Assembly: GCA_001508335.1 (NCBI GenBank)
Contig: LGFX01000004.1
Coordinates: forward strand, 75,654 to 139,653
Origin: a candidate division TA06 bacterium 32_111
GTDB lineage: Bacteria > Hydrothermota > 32-111
Direction of reading: 5' to 3'
Length of the DNA: 64,000 bases
Below the pieces are notes generated by a model. The model had not been told where the DNA came from and ran no database searches. It worked only from the letters and a program-made list of their open reading frames with translations. The translations under genes were made by a program, and so were the position numbers. Positions 30,156 through 39,809 of the stretch are shown here, piece after piece (positions within the stretch are counted from its first letter, which is position 1; every line of letters begins with the position of its first letter).

Positions 30156-31054
30156 AATATTTTATTTTTGTTTTTTTTGTTCTATTCTCTTTTTATCTAT
30201 TTTCGTCGGATCCTCAGGTGATAGGTTTTTCGGATGATGGAAAATTCTTTGCTTTTTTTTATGAAAATGAAGATCATATTGGAAATTTATTCTCCGAATT
30301 GAAAGTTCTTTCTCTTGAAACAAAAAAGGTTGTTTTATTTTTGAGATTTTCAAAAGAGGATGGAGATTATAAAAAGTTAGAGGATGTAAAAAAAATTTTT
30401 TTCGAAAAATATGGAGAAAAATTCAATTTTAAAGAAGGGAAAGAATTTTTAAGATTTTCAGGAACTATGGAGGGTGATAGTTTTATTTTGAGTAACAGTG
30501 TCAGTTTGGGGCTTAAGGTAGAATATCTTAAGGAGAAGAATGAGTATGGAACCTACTCATACACGAGTTTGATGAAAGATAGAATGATGGTTAAAAACAC
30601 ATTAAAAGGAAAAGTTATAGATATTTATTCTTTCTATATTTTTGAAAAAGGTTATGGTGTCGCCATACTTAAAAGTAGGGATGATGGACTTGAGGGAGAG
30701 TTCACAGATTACTACCACCCCATTTTTGTAAATGTTGAGGATTTTGATCTAAAAAAGGATGTTGAAATGGAATTGAAGTTCAATGCTGAAAAATCAAAAA
30801 GGATTCTTGAAAAGTTTTTTGAAAAGAACAGATCCTATCCTGCGGATATTGAGAATTTTTTCAGGTATGGAAAAGTTTTAATAAATCCTGTTGATGAGAG
30901 CAGAGATGCTGTTTTTTTTATAGAGGGAAACTTAAAGTACAACAAGAAGTATGAAGGCTGTATAATAATAGAGAATCTACCTAAATCTAACTATTACAAC
31001 ATGTGGTACTTTTATAATGGAAAAATTGTTAAAACTGAAGGAGTTGATAGATGA
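30152..31054 (+). CDS. Hypothetical secreted protein
   Basis: Signal peptide. ATGA-coupled to the transglutaminase-like gene. No motif assigned. Confidence 0.4.
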   Translation: MKYFIFVFFVLFSFYLFSSDPQVIGFSDDGKFFAFFYENEDHIGNLFSELKVLSLETKKVVLFLRFSKEDGDYKKLEDVKKIFFEKYGEKFNFKEGKEFLRFSGTMEGDSFILSNSVSLGLKVEYLKEKNEYGTYSYTSLMKDRMMVKNTLKGKVIDIYSFYIFEKGYGVAILKSRDDGLEGEFTDYYHPIFVNVEDFDLKKDVEMELKFNAEKSKRILEKFFEKNRSYPADIENFFRYGKVLINPVDESRDAVFFIEGNLKYNKKYEGCIIIENLPKSNYYNMWYFYNGKIVKTEGVDR

Positions 31055-31701
31055 GAGATATTAACAGATTTATCGATCATACACTTTTAAAGGCTGATGC
31101 TACTTTTGATGATATAAAAAGATTGTGTGAAGAAGCGAGAAGATACAATTTCTTTTCTGTTTGTGTAAACCAGGTTTATGTCAACTACTCTAAAGAACTT
31201 TTAAAAAATTCGGATGTGAAAGTTTGTACCGTTGTGGGTTTTCCACTCGGCGCAACTGATATTGAAACAAAGATTTTTGAAACAAAAAGATCTTTACAAC
31301 TTGGTGCCGATGAGATAGATATGGTTATGAATATTGGATACATGAAATCAAAGATGTATGAAAGAATAGTGGATGAGATAAAGTGTATTAAGGAAGTTTG
31401 TAAAAACAAAGTCTTGAAAGTTATAGTTGAAACATGTTTGCTCACAGAAGATGAAAAGAGAGAAGTTGTGAAACTCCTTATAGAAGGTAAGGCTGATTTT
31501 ATAAAAACATCTACAGGATTTTCAACAGGCGGAGCGAAGGTTGAAGATATAAAATTGTTTAAGAGTATTGCAGGAAATAGAATAAATATTAAAGCGAGTG
31601 GTGGTATAAGGGATCTGAAAAGTGCACTTGATATGATAGAAAATGGAGCTACAAGGATAGGGAGTTCAAACTCTGTAAAAATAATGGGAGGAGATTTATG
31701 A
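31051..31701 (+). CDS. deoC: Deoxyribose-phosphate aldolase
   Basis: DeoC motifs: ...SVCVNQ..., FIKTSTGF (Schiff-base Lys), IKASGGIRD. Confidence 0.9.
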   Translation: MRDINRFIDHTLLKADATFDDIKRLCEEARRYNFFSVCVNQVYVNYSKELLKNSDVKVCTVVGFPLGATDIETKIFETKRSLQLGADEIDMVMNIGYMKSKMYERIVDEIKCIKEVCKNKVLKVIVETCLLTEDEKREVVKLLIEGKADFIKTSTGFSTGGAKVEDIKLFKSIAGNRINIKASGGIRDLKSALDMIENGATRIGSSNSVKIMGGDL

Positions 31702-33002
31702 ATCCGGTAGAGATAATTAAAAAGAAAAGGGATGGGAACGAGTTGACGGAAAGTGAAATGGAATTCCTCTTAAAAGGTTATATTGAAGGGAAAATCGCTG
31801 ATTATCAGATGTCCGCTTTCCTGATGGCTGGTTTTTTAAAAGGTTTTTCAGATAACGAAACCAAGATTTTAACTGAGATAATGATGAAATCTGGATATAT
31901 TTACGATTTTTCGGATGTAGAGGGGATAAAAGTTGATAAACATTCAACTGGAGGTGTTGGAGATAAAGTTTCGATCCCACTGCTTCCTATACTTGTTTCT
32001 TTGGGTTTTAAAGTTCCAATGGTTTCTGGAAGAGGGCTTGGTCATACGGGAGGAACTCTTGATAAACTCGAATCTATAGAGGGAATGGATGTTTTTTTGA
32101 GTAAAGAGAAGATGTATGAGATGGTAAAAAAGATTGGTGGGGGTTTTGGTGGGCAGACTGAAAATTTTGTACCTGCAGACAAACTTTTGTATTCTTTAAG
32201 GGATGTAACCGGAACTGTTGAATCGATTCCACTTATAACATCATCAATAATGAGTAAAAAGTTGGCTGAGGGGATAGACTCCTTAATACTCGATGTAAAA
32301 TGTGGAAATGGTGCTTTTATGAAAAGTTTTGATGAAGCCAAAAAACTTGCTGATAGTATGTTTTCTATTGGAGAGATGTTTGGAAAAAAGATGGTCTATC
32401 TGATAACAGATATGTCACAGGTTTTGGGAGAATACGCTGGTAATGGCTGTGAGGTTTATGAATCGTTAAAATTACTTAAAGGTGAAACTGAAAACGATCT
32501 TTTCAAACTCGTAAAGGCGATTGCAGTTCTTCTTATGGAAAAGAATGGAATTGGAGAAAGTTGTGAGGATAGAATAGCAAAGGTAAAAGATGTTATTAAG
32601 AAAGGTTATGCTTACGAAACGTTCCTTAAAATAGTTTCCTCCCAGGGAGGAAATGTTGAAAAGTTAAAAAAAGAGGATCTTTTTTATCAGAAATCTGTGG
32701 AAATAAGATCTGACAAGGATGGTTACATATCATATTTCGATACTTACAAAATAGGAATCGCCCTTATATATATGAATGCAGGAAGATTCAAAAAGGAGGA
32801 GAGTATTGATCACAAAACAGGTCTGAAAGTTTACAAGAAGATTGGAGATAAGGTTTCAAAGGGGGATCCCATTTATGAAGTATTCGTTGGTGATAAGGGT
32901 TATGATGAGAGTATAAATATTTTGAAAAACTCTTATAAAGTTGTGGATAATAAAGAAAGCATTGAAAAAATAGAACTTATAAAATATATAAAAGGAGTAT
33001 GA
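31698..33002 (+). CDS. Pyrimidine-nucleoside (thymidine) phosphorylase
   Basis: KHSTGGVGDKVS phosphate-binding motif. GRGLGHTGGTLDKLESI. C-terminal alpha/beta domain. About 434 aa. Confidence 0.9.
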   Translation: MNPVEIIKKKRDGNELTESEMEFLLKGYIEGKIADYQMSAFLMAGFLKGFSDNETKILTEIMMKSGYIYDFSDVEGIKVDKHSTGGVGDKVSIPLLPILVSLGFKVPMVSGRGLGHTGGTLDKLESIEGMDVFLSKEKMYEMVKKIGGGFGGQTENFVPADKLLYSLRDVTGTVESIPLITSSIMSKKLAEGIDSLILDVKCGNGAFMKSFDEAKKLADSMFSIGEMFGKKMVYLITDMSQVLGEYAGNGCEVYESLKLLKGETENDLFKLVKAIAVLLMEKNGIGESCEDRIAKVKDVIKKGYAYETFLKIVSSQGGNVEKLKKEDLFYQKSVEIRSDKDGYISYFDTYKIGIALIYMNAGRFKKEESIDHKTGLKVYKKIGDKVSKGDPIYEVFVGDKGYDESINILKNSYKVVDNKESIEKIELIKYIKGV

Positions 33003-34641
33003 TGAAAAGAATATTTCTTCTTTTATCAATTTCATTTTTTATTATTCTTTTTTCAGAAGAGTTTATAGATCTTGACGAACTGAAAATAGGAATGAAAGGG
33101 TATTGCAAAACAGTTTTTCATGGAACGGAAATTGATACATTCGAAGTCCAGATAATAGATATAATGAGAGATTCTAATATGGAGATGATACTTGTAAAAT
33201 GTTTAGGAGAGAATGTTGAAAAAACTGGGGTAGCAGCCGGAATGAGTGGAAGCCCTGTCTATTTCAACAATAAACTGGCAGGTAGTTTGAGTTATACATG
33301 GGATAACCTTAAAGAACCAGTTGGAGGTGTTACTCCGATAAAAAGGATCGTTGGACTTAACGATTATGAGAAATTACAGAAAAAAAACAAATTTGATTTG
33401 AAAGAGATATCTCTTCCTATTGTTCTTTATGGATTTTCCAGTGAGATTATAAGTTTTGGTGAGAGTTTAAAAATATTTCCAAAAAACTCTATTATAGCGG
33501 GAGGAACAATTTGAATTTAAAAGAAAATGGAAAGAGCCAACTTTCACCGGGAAAAGCGGTATCCATAAAACTTCTTGAAGGTGATTTTGAAGTATCAGCT
33601 ATAGGTACGGTTACCTATATTGACGAAGATAACATATACTGTTTAGGACATCCTTTCACATTGAAAGGGGAGGTTGATTTCCCAATTTCTGAGGCTTATA
33701 TTTATACAATTCTTCCCAAAAATGATATATCCTTTAAAATGGGATTCTCATTAAAGGATAATGCTGGGAAGGCTACTCAGGATAGAACTTTTGGTGTATT
33801 AGCAAAAACGAAAGAGAGATCTGAAATGGTAAAGGTGAGGATGAAAATAAATCAGTTCGAATACAATCTTTCCGTGGCTAAAGATAAAGATATAATTTCA
33901 AATTATCTTCCCCTGACTTTCCTTTCCGCAGTTTCAAAAAATTTTAAATCTGGAGGAGATCTTTCAATAAAATATAAAATTAATGTTTTCGGTAACAATA
34001 AAAAAAGTTTTGAATACAAAAATATGTTTTCAGGTGATAACATAATGTTGCAAATATTTTTTGACATTTCAGGGCTTTTACAGGCATACACGAACAATGT
34101 TTACAAAAGTGTTAAAATAGATTCTTTGAATATAGAATCTGATATTGTTGAGCAGAATCTAACTTTTGTGATAGATGACCTTTTAAGTGATAAAAAATAT
34201 TATAAAAGTGGAGAGAATCTACATCTTACTATAAAATTGAAGGGTTACGATCAAAAGATGTTGACGAAAGAGATAAATGTTAAGATTCCTGAAAATATTA
34301 AAGAGGATTCTTTAATGGTTACTGTAAACGGAGGAGGTGATGATCTCTATTTTGAAAGTTCAAGGAGTTCAGGGAAATTCGATTTTAAGGATGTTGAGAC
34401 ACTCGAAAATATAATAGACCAGTTAAATCCATCAAACAGTTTGGTTTTACGAGTTACAACTTTTGAAAAAGGATTTATAGATAACAACCTTGAATTTTTC
34501 AACTACCCAAGTTCTTTTGTAAAGGAACAACTTTTAATGGGTAAAAAACAGATTAATGGAAACAACATAGTTGTTAAAAAATATTCTTCAGATTTTGTTG
34601 TAAAAGGTTCTAAAAGCATAGTTATAAAATTGTGGAGGTAA
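32999..34641 (+). CDS. S55 (SpoIVB-like) serine peptidase, read as two ORFs (32999..33514 and 33511..34641) because of a -1/+1 frame change around an A6 run at 33481-33486
   Basis: ORF1 has a signal peptide and the SpoIVB-type catalytic-Ser motif GMSGSPVY. ORF2 continues with the S55 C-terminal region (...AIGTVTYIDEDNIYCLGHPF...). The two frames overlap across 33463-33514. Confidence 0.55.
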
Positions 34642-34642
34642 G

Positions 34643-36583
34643 ATGAAAAAACTTTTTGTAATATTTTTTCTCCCAATATTTTCTTTCTTCCTGAGTGCTC
34701 TTGAAACTGGAAGGATATTAGATACACCTTTTGAAAATATAAAATCTTTGAAAACATCATACGGTGTTATGGTTTCAAAAAATTTTGTTAAAAATGGATT
34801 TGTTGTTGAAAAGGTTGAAACGAAAATGCTCGATCAGGTATTCTCTATTCTAAAATTCAAAAAAGATATTCTTGTTGGAACGGGTGGAAACGCTTATATT
34901 TTTAATGTTACTAAAAATGATACAGTTGCCAAATTTAGAGAGGGAGAGATAATAAAAAACATTTTAAAGATTGATGAAAAAAGTTTTATAGCCTCAGTTG
35001 AGCCATCTGGAATTATTGTAAAGATAGATGATAAAAAGAAATGTGACACACTATTCAAAAATGGAAACAAAAGTATAAACAAACTTTTAAATCTGGATGG
35101 GGAAATTTATGCTCTTGTTGGCGAAAACATTTTTGAGTTAAAAAAGAACAGGTTTGAGAAGTTCTTTGAAGTAAAAGATAGAAACTGTTTGCAGATGAAA
35201 AGATATAAAAAAGGTTTTCTCTTTTCAACAGAGGGTGAAGGGAAACTGATAAATTATCAGGAGGGAAAAACGGATTATATTTTCGTTTCAAATGGGAGCG
35301 AGATAAAGGATTTCTTTTTAAAGGATGATAAGATTTTTATACTACTTAATTCCAAGATCTCAAATACGGATGATCCGTTAACAGAAGAGTACAAATCATA
35401 TATAATTTCCATAGAGAACAATCTTCTTGATACTTTGTTTTTCTTTGATACATATATTTCACAGGTTGGTTTTTTTAAAGATGGTGTTACCATATTTCTC
35501 TCAAAACCAGCGAGAGCATACTTTTTCGATTTTAAGGATCTTTTCTTCTGTGGAAATTTTGATTTTGATTTTGTAACTTCGGTATATAAGGATGGTGAGA
35601 ATCTTTTAGTTGGAAACGATGGAAAACCTCAAATTTTAAAGATAAAAGATAACAATGGAAAAGGGGAATTCCTTTCAAGGGTTTTCGCTTTTAATTCTAA
35701 AAATTCTATAACATCCGTTTATCCAGAATTCTCTGGTAAAGTGAAGGTATTTTTTAGATTTGGCGAGTCTTATGATGTTGATAAAAACTGGACAGATTTT
35801 TATCAGGTCTTCAGCGGTTTAAATAGTAATCTTCCAAAAGCAAAATTTTTCCAATACAAGGTTGTTTTGAACGATGATGAGGATAAATTTAAAAAGATTG
35901 AGATCTTCTATAAAGGTGAAAACAGAAAGCCAAAAATAGAAAATATAGTAGTTTTCCCGCCAAGAATTTTACCAGATTATGCAATGCCCCAAAATGTTAT
36001 AACTGACAAAAATTTCAAAAAGAATCTTTATATGGATCTTAAGGAACAGAATATTTCTAAAATTTTTGAGAAGAAAATATTCGTTAGATGGGAAGGTTTT
36101 GACCCTGATAACGATAGATTATCTTACTCTATATTCCTTAACGATAGAAGATACGATTATCCTTTGATTTCACAAACTGAGGATAACTATATTGTTTTCA
36201 ACTATGAGAATTTCCAAACAGGATATTACAGGATAAAGGTTCTTGTTTCCGATTCAATTGAAAATAGAGAACCTTTAAATGAAGAAAAACTCTCTGAAGA
36301 TTTTCTTATCGATAATAATCCACCAAGAATAAAGGATGACATTTTCCAGAATAACAGTTTGAGTTTTACTGCTTTCGATGAAGAGAGTTTTATAGACAAA
36401 GTTGAAATTTCTATAAATGGAAGTGAATTTAAAGATGTTTTTCCTGTTGACCAGATATTTGATAACAGGGAAGAAAATTTTGCAATAGATATACCTTTTA
36501 ACGGTAAAGAACCACTTTCAATACTTGTAAAGGTTTATGACAAGTTTGGAAATGTTTCTTTTCTTAAAAAGTTTTTGAGATGA
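34643..36583 (+). CDS. Secreted beta-propeller + Y_Y_Y domain protein (periplasmic sensor-type module without a kinase)
   Basis: Signal peptide. C-terminal FDPDNDRLSYSIFLNDRRYDY...NYIVFNYENFQTGYYRIKVLVSDS matches the Y_Y_Y domain pattern. The upstream region has repeated blade-like segments. Confidence 0.45.
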   Translation: MKKLFVIFFLPIFSFFLSALETGRILDTPFENIKSLKTSYGVMVSKNFVKNGFVVEKVETKMLDQVFSILKFKKDILVGTGGNAYIFNVTKNDTVAKFREGEIIKNILKIDEKSFIASVEPSGIIVKIDDKKKCDTLFKNGNKSINKLLNLDGEIYALVGENIFELKKNRFEKFFEVKDRNCLQMKRYKKGFLFSTEGEGKLINYQEGKTDYIFVSNGSEIKDFFLKDDKIFILLNSKISNTDDPLTEEYKSYIISIENNLLDTLFFFDTYISQVGFFKDGVTIFLSKPARAYFFDFKDLFFCGNFDFDFVTSVYKDGENLLVGNDGKPQILKIKDNNGKGEFLSRVFAFNSKNSITSVYPEFSGKVKVFFRFGESYDVDKNWTDFYQVFSGLNSNLPKAKFFQYKVVLNDDEDKFKKIEIFYKGENRKPKIENIVVFPPRILPDYAMPQNVITDKNFKKNLYMDLKEQNISKIFEKKIFVRWEGFDPDNDRLSYSIFLNDRRYDYPLISQTEDNYIVFNYENFQTGYYRIKVLVSDSIENREPLNEEKLSEDFLIDNNPPRIKDDIFQNNSLSFTAFDEESFIDKVEISINGSEFKDVFPVDQIFDNREENFAIDIPFNGKEPLSILVKVYDKFGNVSFLKKFLR

Positions 36584-37605
36584 AAAGAGTTTTTTTTGCA
36601 AATTCCTTAAAGGGAACACTTTCAAACAGTGAAATATTTTTTCTATACAAAAATATTTTTCCTTCAAAAAATGATATTGTTATACCTGTTTCCGATGGGG
36701 GAGATGGTTTTTTAAATCTTATAAAATTTATCCATCCATCTGGGAAAAAAAAGTTTTTCAAAACTTTTTCACCAGATGGTGAAAAGATGGATGTTGAAAC
36801 TTTTGAGTTCAAAAATACCCTTTTCATTGAAAGTGCAAAGATAGTTGGTTTTTTAAATGTTAAAGATATTTATAAAAATCCAGAAAAGAGAAGTAGTAAG
36901 GGTATAGGTTTTATTTTAAAAAAAGTTTACAATGATTATAAAAAAATTTATCTCGGTATAGGTGGAACAACAACCTTCGATCTTGGAGCAGGTTCGTTTG
37001 AACTTTTAGGCTACGAAACTTTAAAATTACCTGAAAGTGAAATTTTGATAGATTTTAAGAAAAATGAAAATTCTATAATCTTAAAAAATCTAATATCTGT
37101 GTGTGATGTTAGTTCACCACTTGATGGAAGATCTGGTGCTTTAACTTTTTTGAAACAAAAAGGTGTTAAAGAAAAGGATTTGAAATTTTATGAGTCCATT
37201 TTTAAATATGTAGCAAAAAAGTATGGTGTTTCAGGCAAAGATTTTTTGGGTAGCGGTGGAGGACTTGGCTTTTTCACACACTCTGTTGGAGGAAAAAATA
37301 TTTCCTGCTGGGAATTTCTATCAAAAAATATTAAAATCGAAAATTTGATAAAGGAGAGTGATTCTGTAGTTATAAACGAAGGAAAATTTGATGATCAATC
37401 CATGATGGGAAAAATAAATGGAGAGATAGTGAAAAGATCTTTAAAGTATGGAAAAAAAGTTTTTGTTATTACAGGTGAGGTTGATCTTAAAAGTAAAAAA
37501 TTGAAAAAGGTTTTAACTTTCATAATCCTTGATAAAAAATCAAAAGATTGTAAAATAGAGTTTTTTAAAAAAGCAAAAATTTTAAAGGAGATAATTGATG
37601 GCTGA
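36580..37605 (+). CDS. Glycerate kinase family protein
   Basis: N-terminal ...IPVSDGGDGF... (ADGGEG-type motif) and YLGIGGTTTFDLGAG (ILGIGGSATVDGG-type) are typical of GlxK/GarK. Confidence 0.6.
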   Translation: MKRVFFANSLKGTLSNSEIFFLYKNIFPSKNDIVIPVSDGGDGFLNLIKFIHPSGKKKFFKTFSPDGEKMDVETFEFKNTLFIESAKIVGFLNVKDIYKNPEKRSSKGIGFILKKVYNDYKKIYLGIGGTTTFDLGAGSFELLGYETLKLPESEILIDFKKNENSIILKNLISVCDVSSPLDGRSGALTFLKQKGVKEKDLKFYESIFKYVAKKYGVSGKDFLGSGGGLGFFTHSVGGKNISCWEFLSKNIKIENLIKESDSVVINEGKFDDQSMMGKINGEIVKRSLKYGKKVFVITGEVDLKSKKLKKVLTFIILDKKSKDCKIEFFKKAKILKEIIDG

Positions 37606-38527
37606 AAGAGTTGCGGTGCTTTTTGGTGGTCCTTCTAAAGAGAGTGAAGTGTCAAAAAGATCAGCGATAAGGGTTTGTGATGCTCTTTTGAGGAAAGGTT
37701 ACGATGCAAAAAAAATAGAGTACGATGGGAAACTTATAGAAAATTTGAAAGGTTTTGATAAGGTTTTCAATGTTATGCATGGAAGACCTGGAGAGGATGG
37801 GATCGTTCAAGGGATACTTGAGTATCTTAAAATACCTTACACAGGTTCAGGTGTTATCCCTTCATCTTTGACCATAAACAAATACCTGACACAGCAGATG
37901 GTAAAATCTTTAAATATTCCAGTTTTAAATTCACACTACATCAACAGAAAAATATTTGAAAAAGATGAGAATATTGTTGAAAAGAACTTTAAAGGAAAAG
38001 TTATTCTAAAACCAAACACAGGTGGATCATCTGTCGGAACATTTATAAGTGATTCTTCTAAAGCAAAGGATCTTTTGAAGAATTGTTTAAACGAGTTCAA
38101 CGATTATTTGATAGAAGAGTATCTTGAAAACGGTTTAGAGGTAACTGTTGGAGTTATCGAGTATAAAGGTAAAACAAAGGTTTTGACTCCTTTACAGTTG
38201 AAACCTAAAAATAGATTTTACGATTATGAGGCAAAGTATACAAAAGGAAAAACCGATTTTATTATCCCACCAGAGGTCGATAGGAAAACCGTTGAACTTT
38301 TGATGGAAAGAACACTAATTATATTTGAAAGTTTGAACATGAAATCTTTCGCAAGAGTTGATTATATAATAGATCGAAATGAAAGAATATTTGAACTTGA
38401 AGTAAACTCTATTCCAGGTATGACAGATCTTTCGGATCTACCTATGGAGGCTGAATATGATGGAATAAAGTATGATGATCTTGTCGAAGAAATTTTAAAA
38501 AGTGCGGGGATTTTAAAAGATGCTTGA
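37595..38527 (+). CDS. ddl: D-alanine--D-alanine ligase
   Basis: N-terminal VAVLFGGPSKESEVS. ATP-grasp motifs. C-terminal ...ELEVNSIPGMT.... Confidence 0.9.
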   Translation: MMAERVAVLFGGPSKESEVSKRSAIRVCDALLRKGYDAKKIEYDGKLIENLKGFDKVFNVMHGRPGEDGIVQGILEYLKIPYTGSGVIPSSLTINKYLTQQMVKSLNIPVLNSHYINRKIFEKDENIVEKNFKGKVILKPNTGGSSVGTFISDSSKAKDLLKNCLNEFNDYLIEEYLENGLEVTVGVIEYKGKTKVLTPLQLKPKNRFYDYEAKYTKGKTDFIIPPEVDRKTVELLMERTLIIFESLNMKSFARVDYIIDRNERIFELEVNSIPGMTDLSDLPMEAEYDGIKYDDLVEEILKSAGILKDA

Positions 38528-39809
38528 AAGGATAACTGAAAGGTTCTCAAACATTTTTTCTAAAATAAAAAACAAAGGAAAGGTAACTGAAGATGATCTG
38601 AAAGTTACTTTAAGGGAGATAAAACTTTTGCTTCTTGAGGCTGATGTTAACTACAGGATAGTTAATGATTTTGTGAACTCCTTAAAGGAAGATATAGTTG
38701 GTAAAGAAGTTTACAGGTCTCTAAAACCAGAGCATATAATAATAAAGAGTGTTAACGATAAACTTGTTGAACTTTTTTCAGCAGGTGATAGAGAGTTACA
38801 TTTTAAAGGAAATCCAGCAATAATATCTTTAGTTGGGCTTCAGGGTAGTGGAAAGACAACAACATGTGGTAAACTTGCAAAACTATTTCAGAAGTATGGA
38901 AGGAGAACTCTTCTTGTTCCGTGTGATATAAAAAGGCCTGCAGCTTACGATCAGTTGAAACAACTTTCTGAAAAAAATTCTTTGAACTTTTTCAAGACCA
39001 GTCAAAATGATCTCATAAAAAGGATAGAAGATGCTGTTGGATTTGCACTTAGAGAGAACTTTGATACCCTTATTTTGGATACTGCTGGAAGGTTACATAT
39101 AGATGAAGAACTGATGGATGAACTTAAAAGGATCGAAACAGAGTTTAAACCATGTGAAAAAATTTTTGTTGGAGATTCTTTAACTGGACAGGATGCTGTT
39201 AACAGTGCGAAAACTTTCAACGAGATGATAAATATAACCGGTGTGATTTTAACCAAGATGGATGGTGATCAGAAAGGTGGAGCCGCTCTTTCAATAGTAA
39301 AAAGTGTTGAAAAACCTATAAAATTTATATGTAAAGGTGAACATATAGATGATATTGAAAAATTTTATCCAGATAGGTTCGTTTCAAGATTACTGGGAAT
39401 GGGAGATATAGTAACACTTGTTGAAAAAACTGAGAACCTGATGAAGGAAGAGGAAACTTTAAAGTTAGAGAAAAAATTAAAAGATGGTAAATTTGATTTT
39501 GAGGATTATCTTGTTCAGATAAAACAGTTGAGGAAGATGGGACCTTTAACTGAGATCATAAAGATGATACCTGGAGTTGGTGGTAAGGTAAAACTTTCAG
39601 GTATGGAAGAGGAGAATGTTAAAAAAGTTGAAGCGATGATAAACTCTATGACAAAAGAGGAAAGAAAAAATCCAGAACTTTTAAATAATAAAAGCAGAGT
39701 TAAAAGAATTGCAAAAGGAAGTGGAACAAGTGTTGCTATGGTTAAGCAACTACTTGTTCAACACAAGAATATGAAAAAGATGCTAAAAAATTTCAAAGAT
39801 TACTTTTAA
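38520..39809 (+). CDS. ffh: Signal recognition particle protein Ffh
   Basis: N-domain MLERITERFS...LREIKLLLLEADV. G-domain GLQGSGKTTTCGKLA and DTAGRLHIDEELMDEL. Met-rich M-domain. Confidence 0.9.
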   Translation: MLERITERFSNIFSKIKNKGKVTEDDLKVTLREIKLLLLEADVNYRIVNDFVNSLKEDIVGKEVYRSLKPEHIIIKSVNDKLVELFSAGDRELHFKGNPAIISLVGLQGSGKTTTCGKLAKLFQKYGRRTLLVPCDIKRPAAYDQLKQLSEKNSLNFFKTSQNDLIKRIEDAVGFALRENFDTLILDTAGRLHIDEELMDELKRIETEFKPCEKIFVGDSLTGQDAVNSAKTFNEMINITGVILTKMDGDQKGGAALSIVKSVEKPIKFICKGEHIDDIEKFYPDRFVSRLLGMGDIVTLVEKTENLMKEEETLKLEKKLKDGKFDFEDYLVQIKQLRKMGPLTEIIKMIPGVGGKVKLSGMEEENVKKVEAMINSMTKEERKNPELLNNKSRVKRIAKGSGTSVAMVKQLLVQHKNMKKMLKNFKDYF

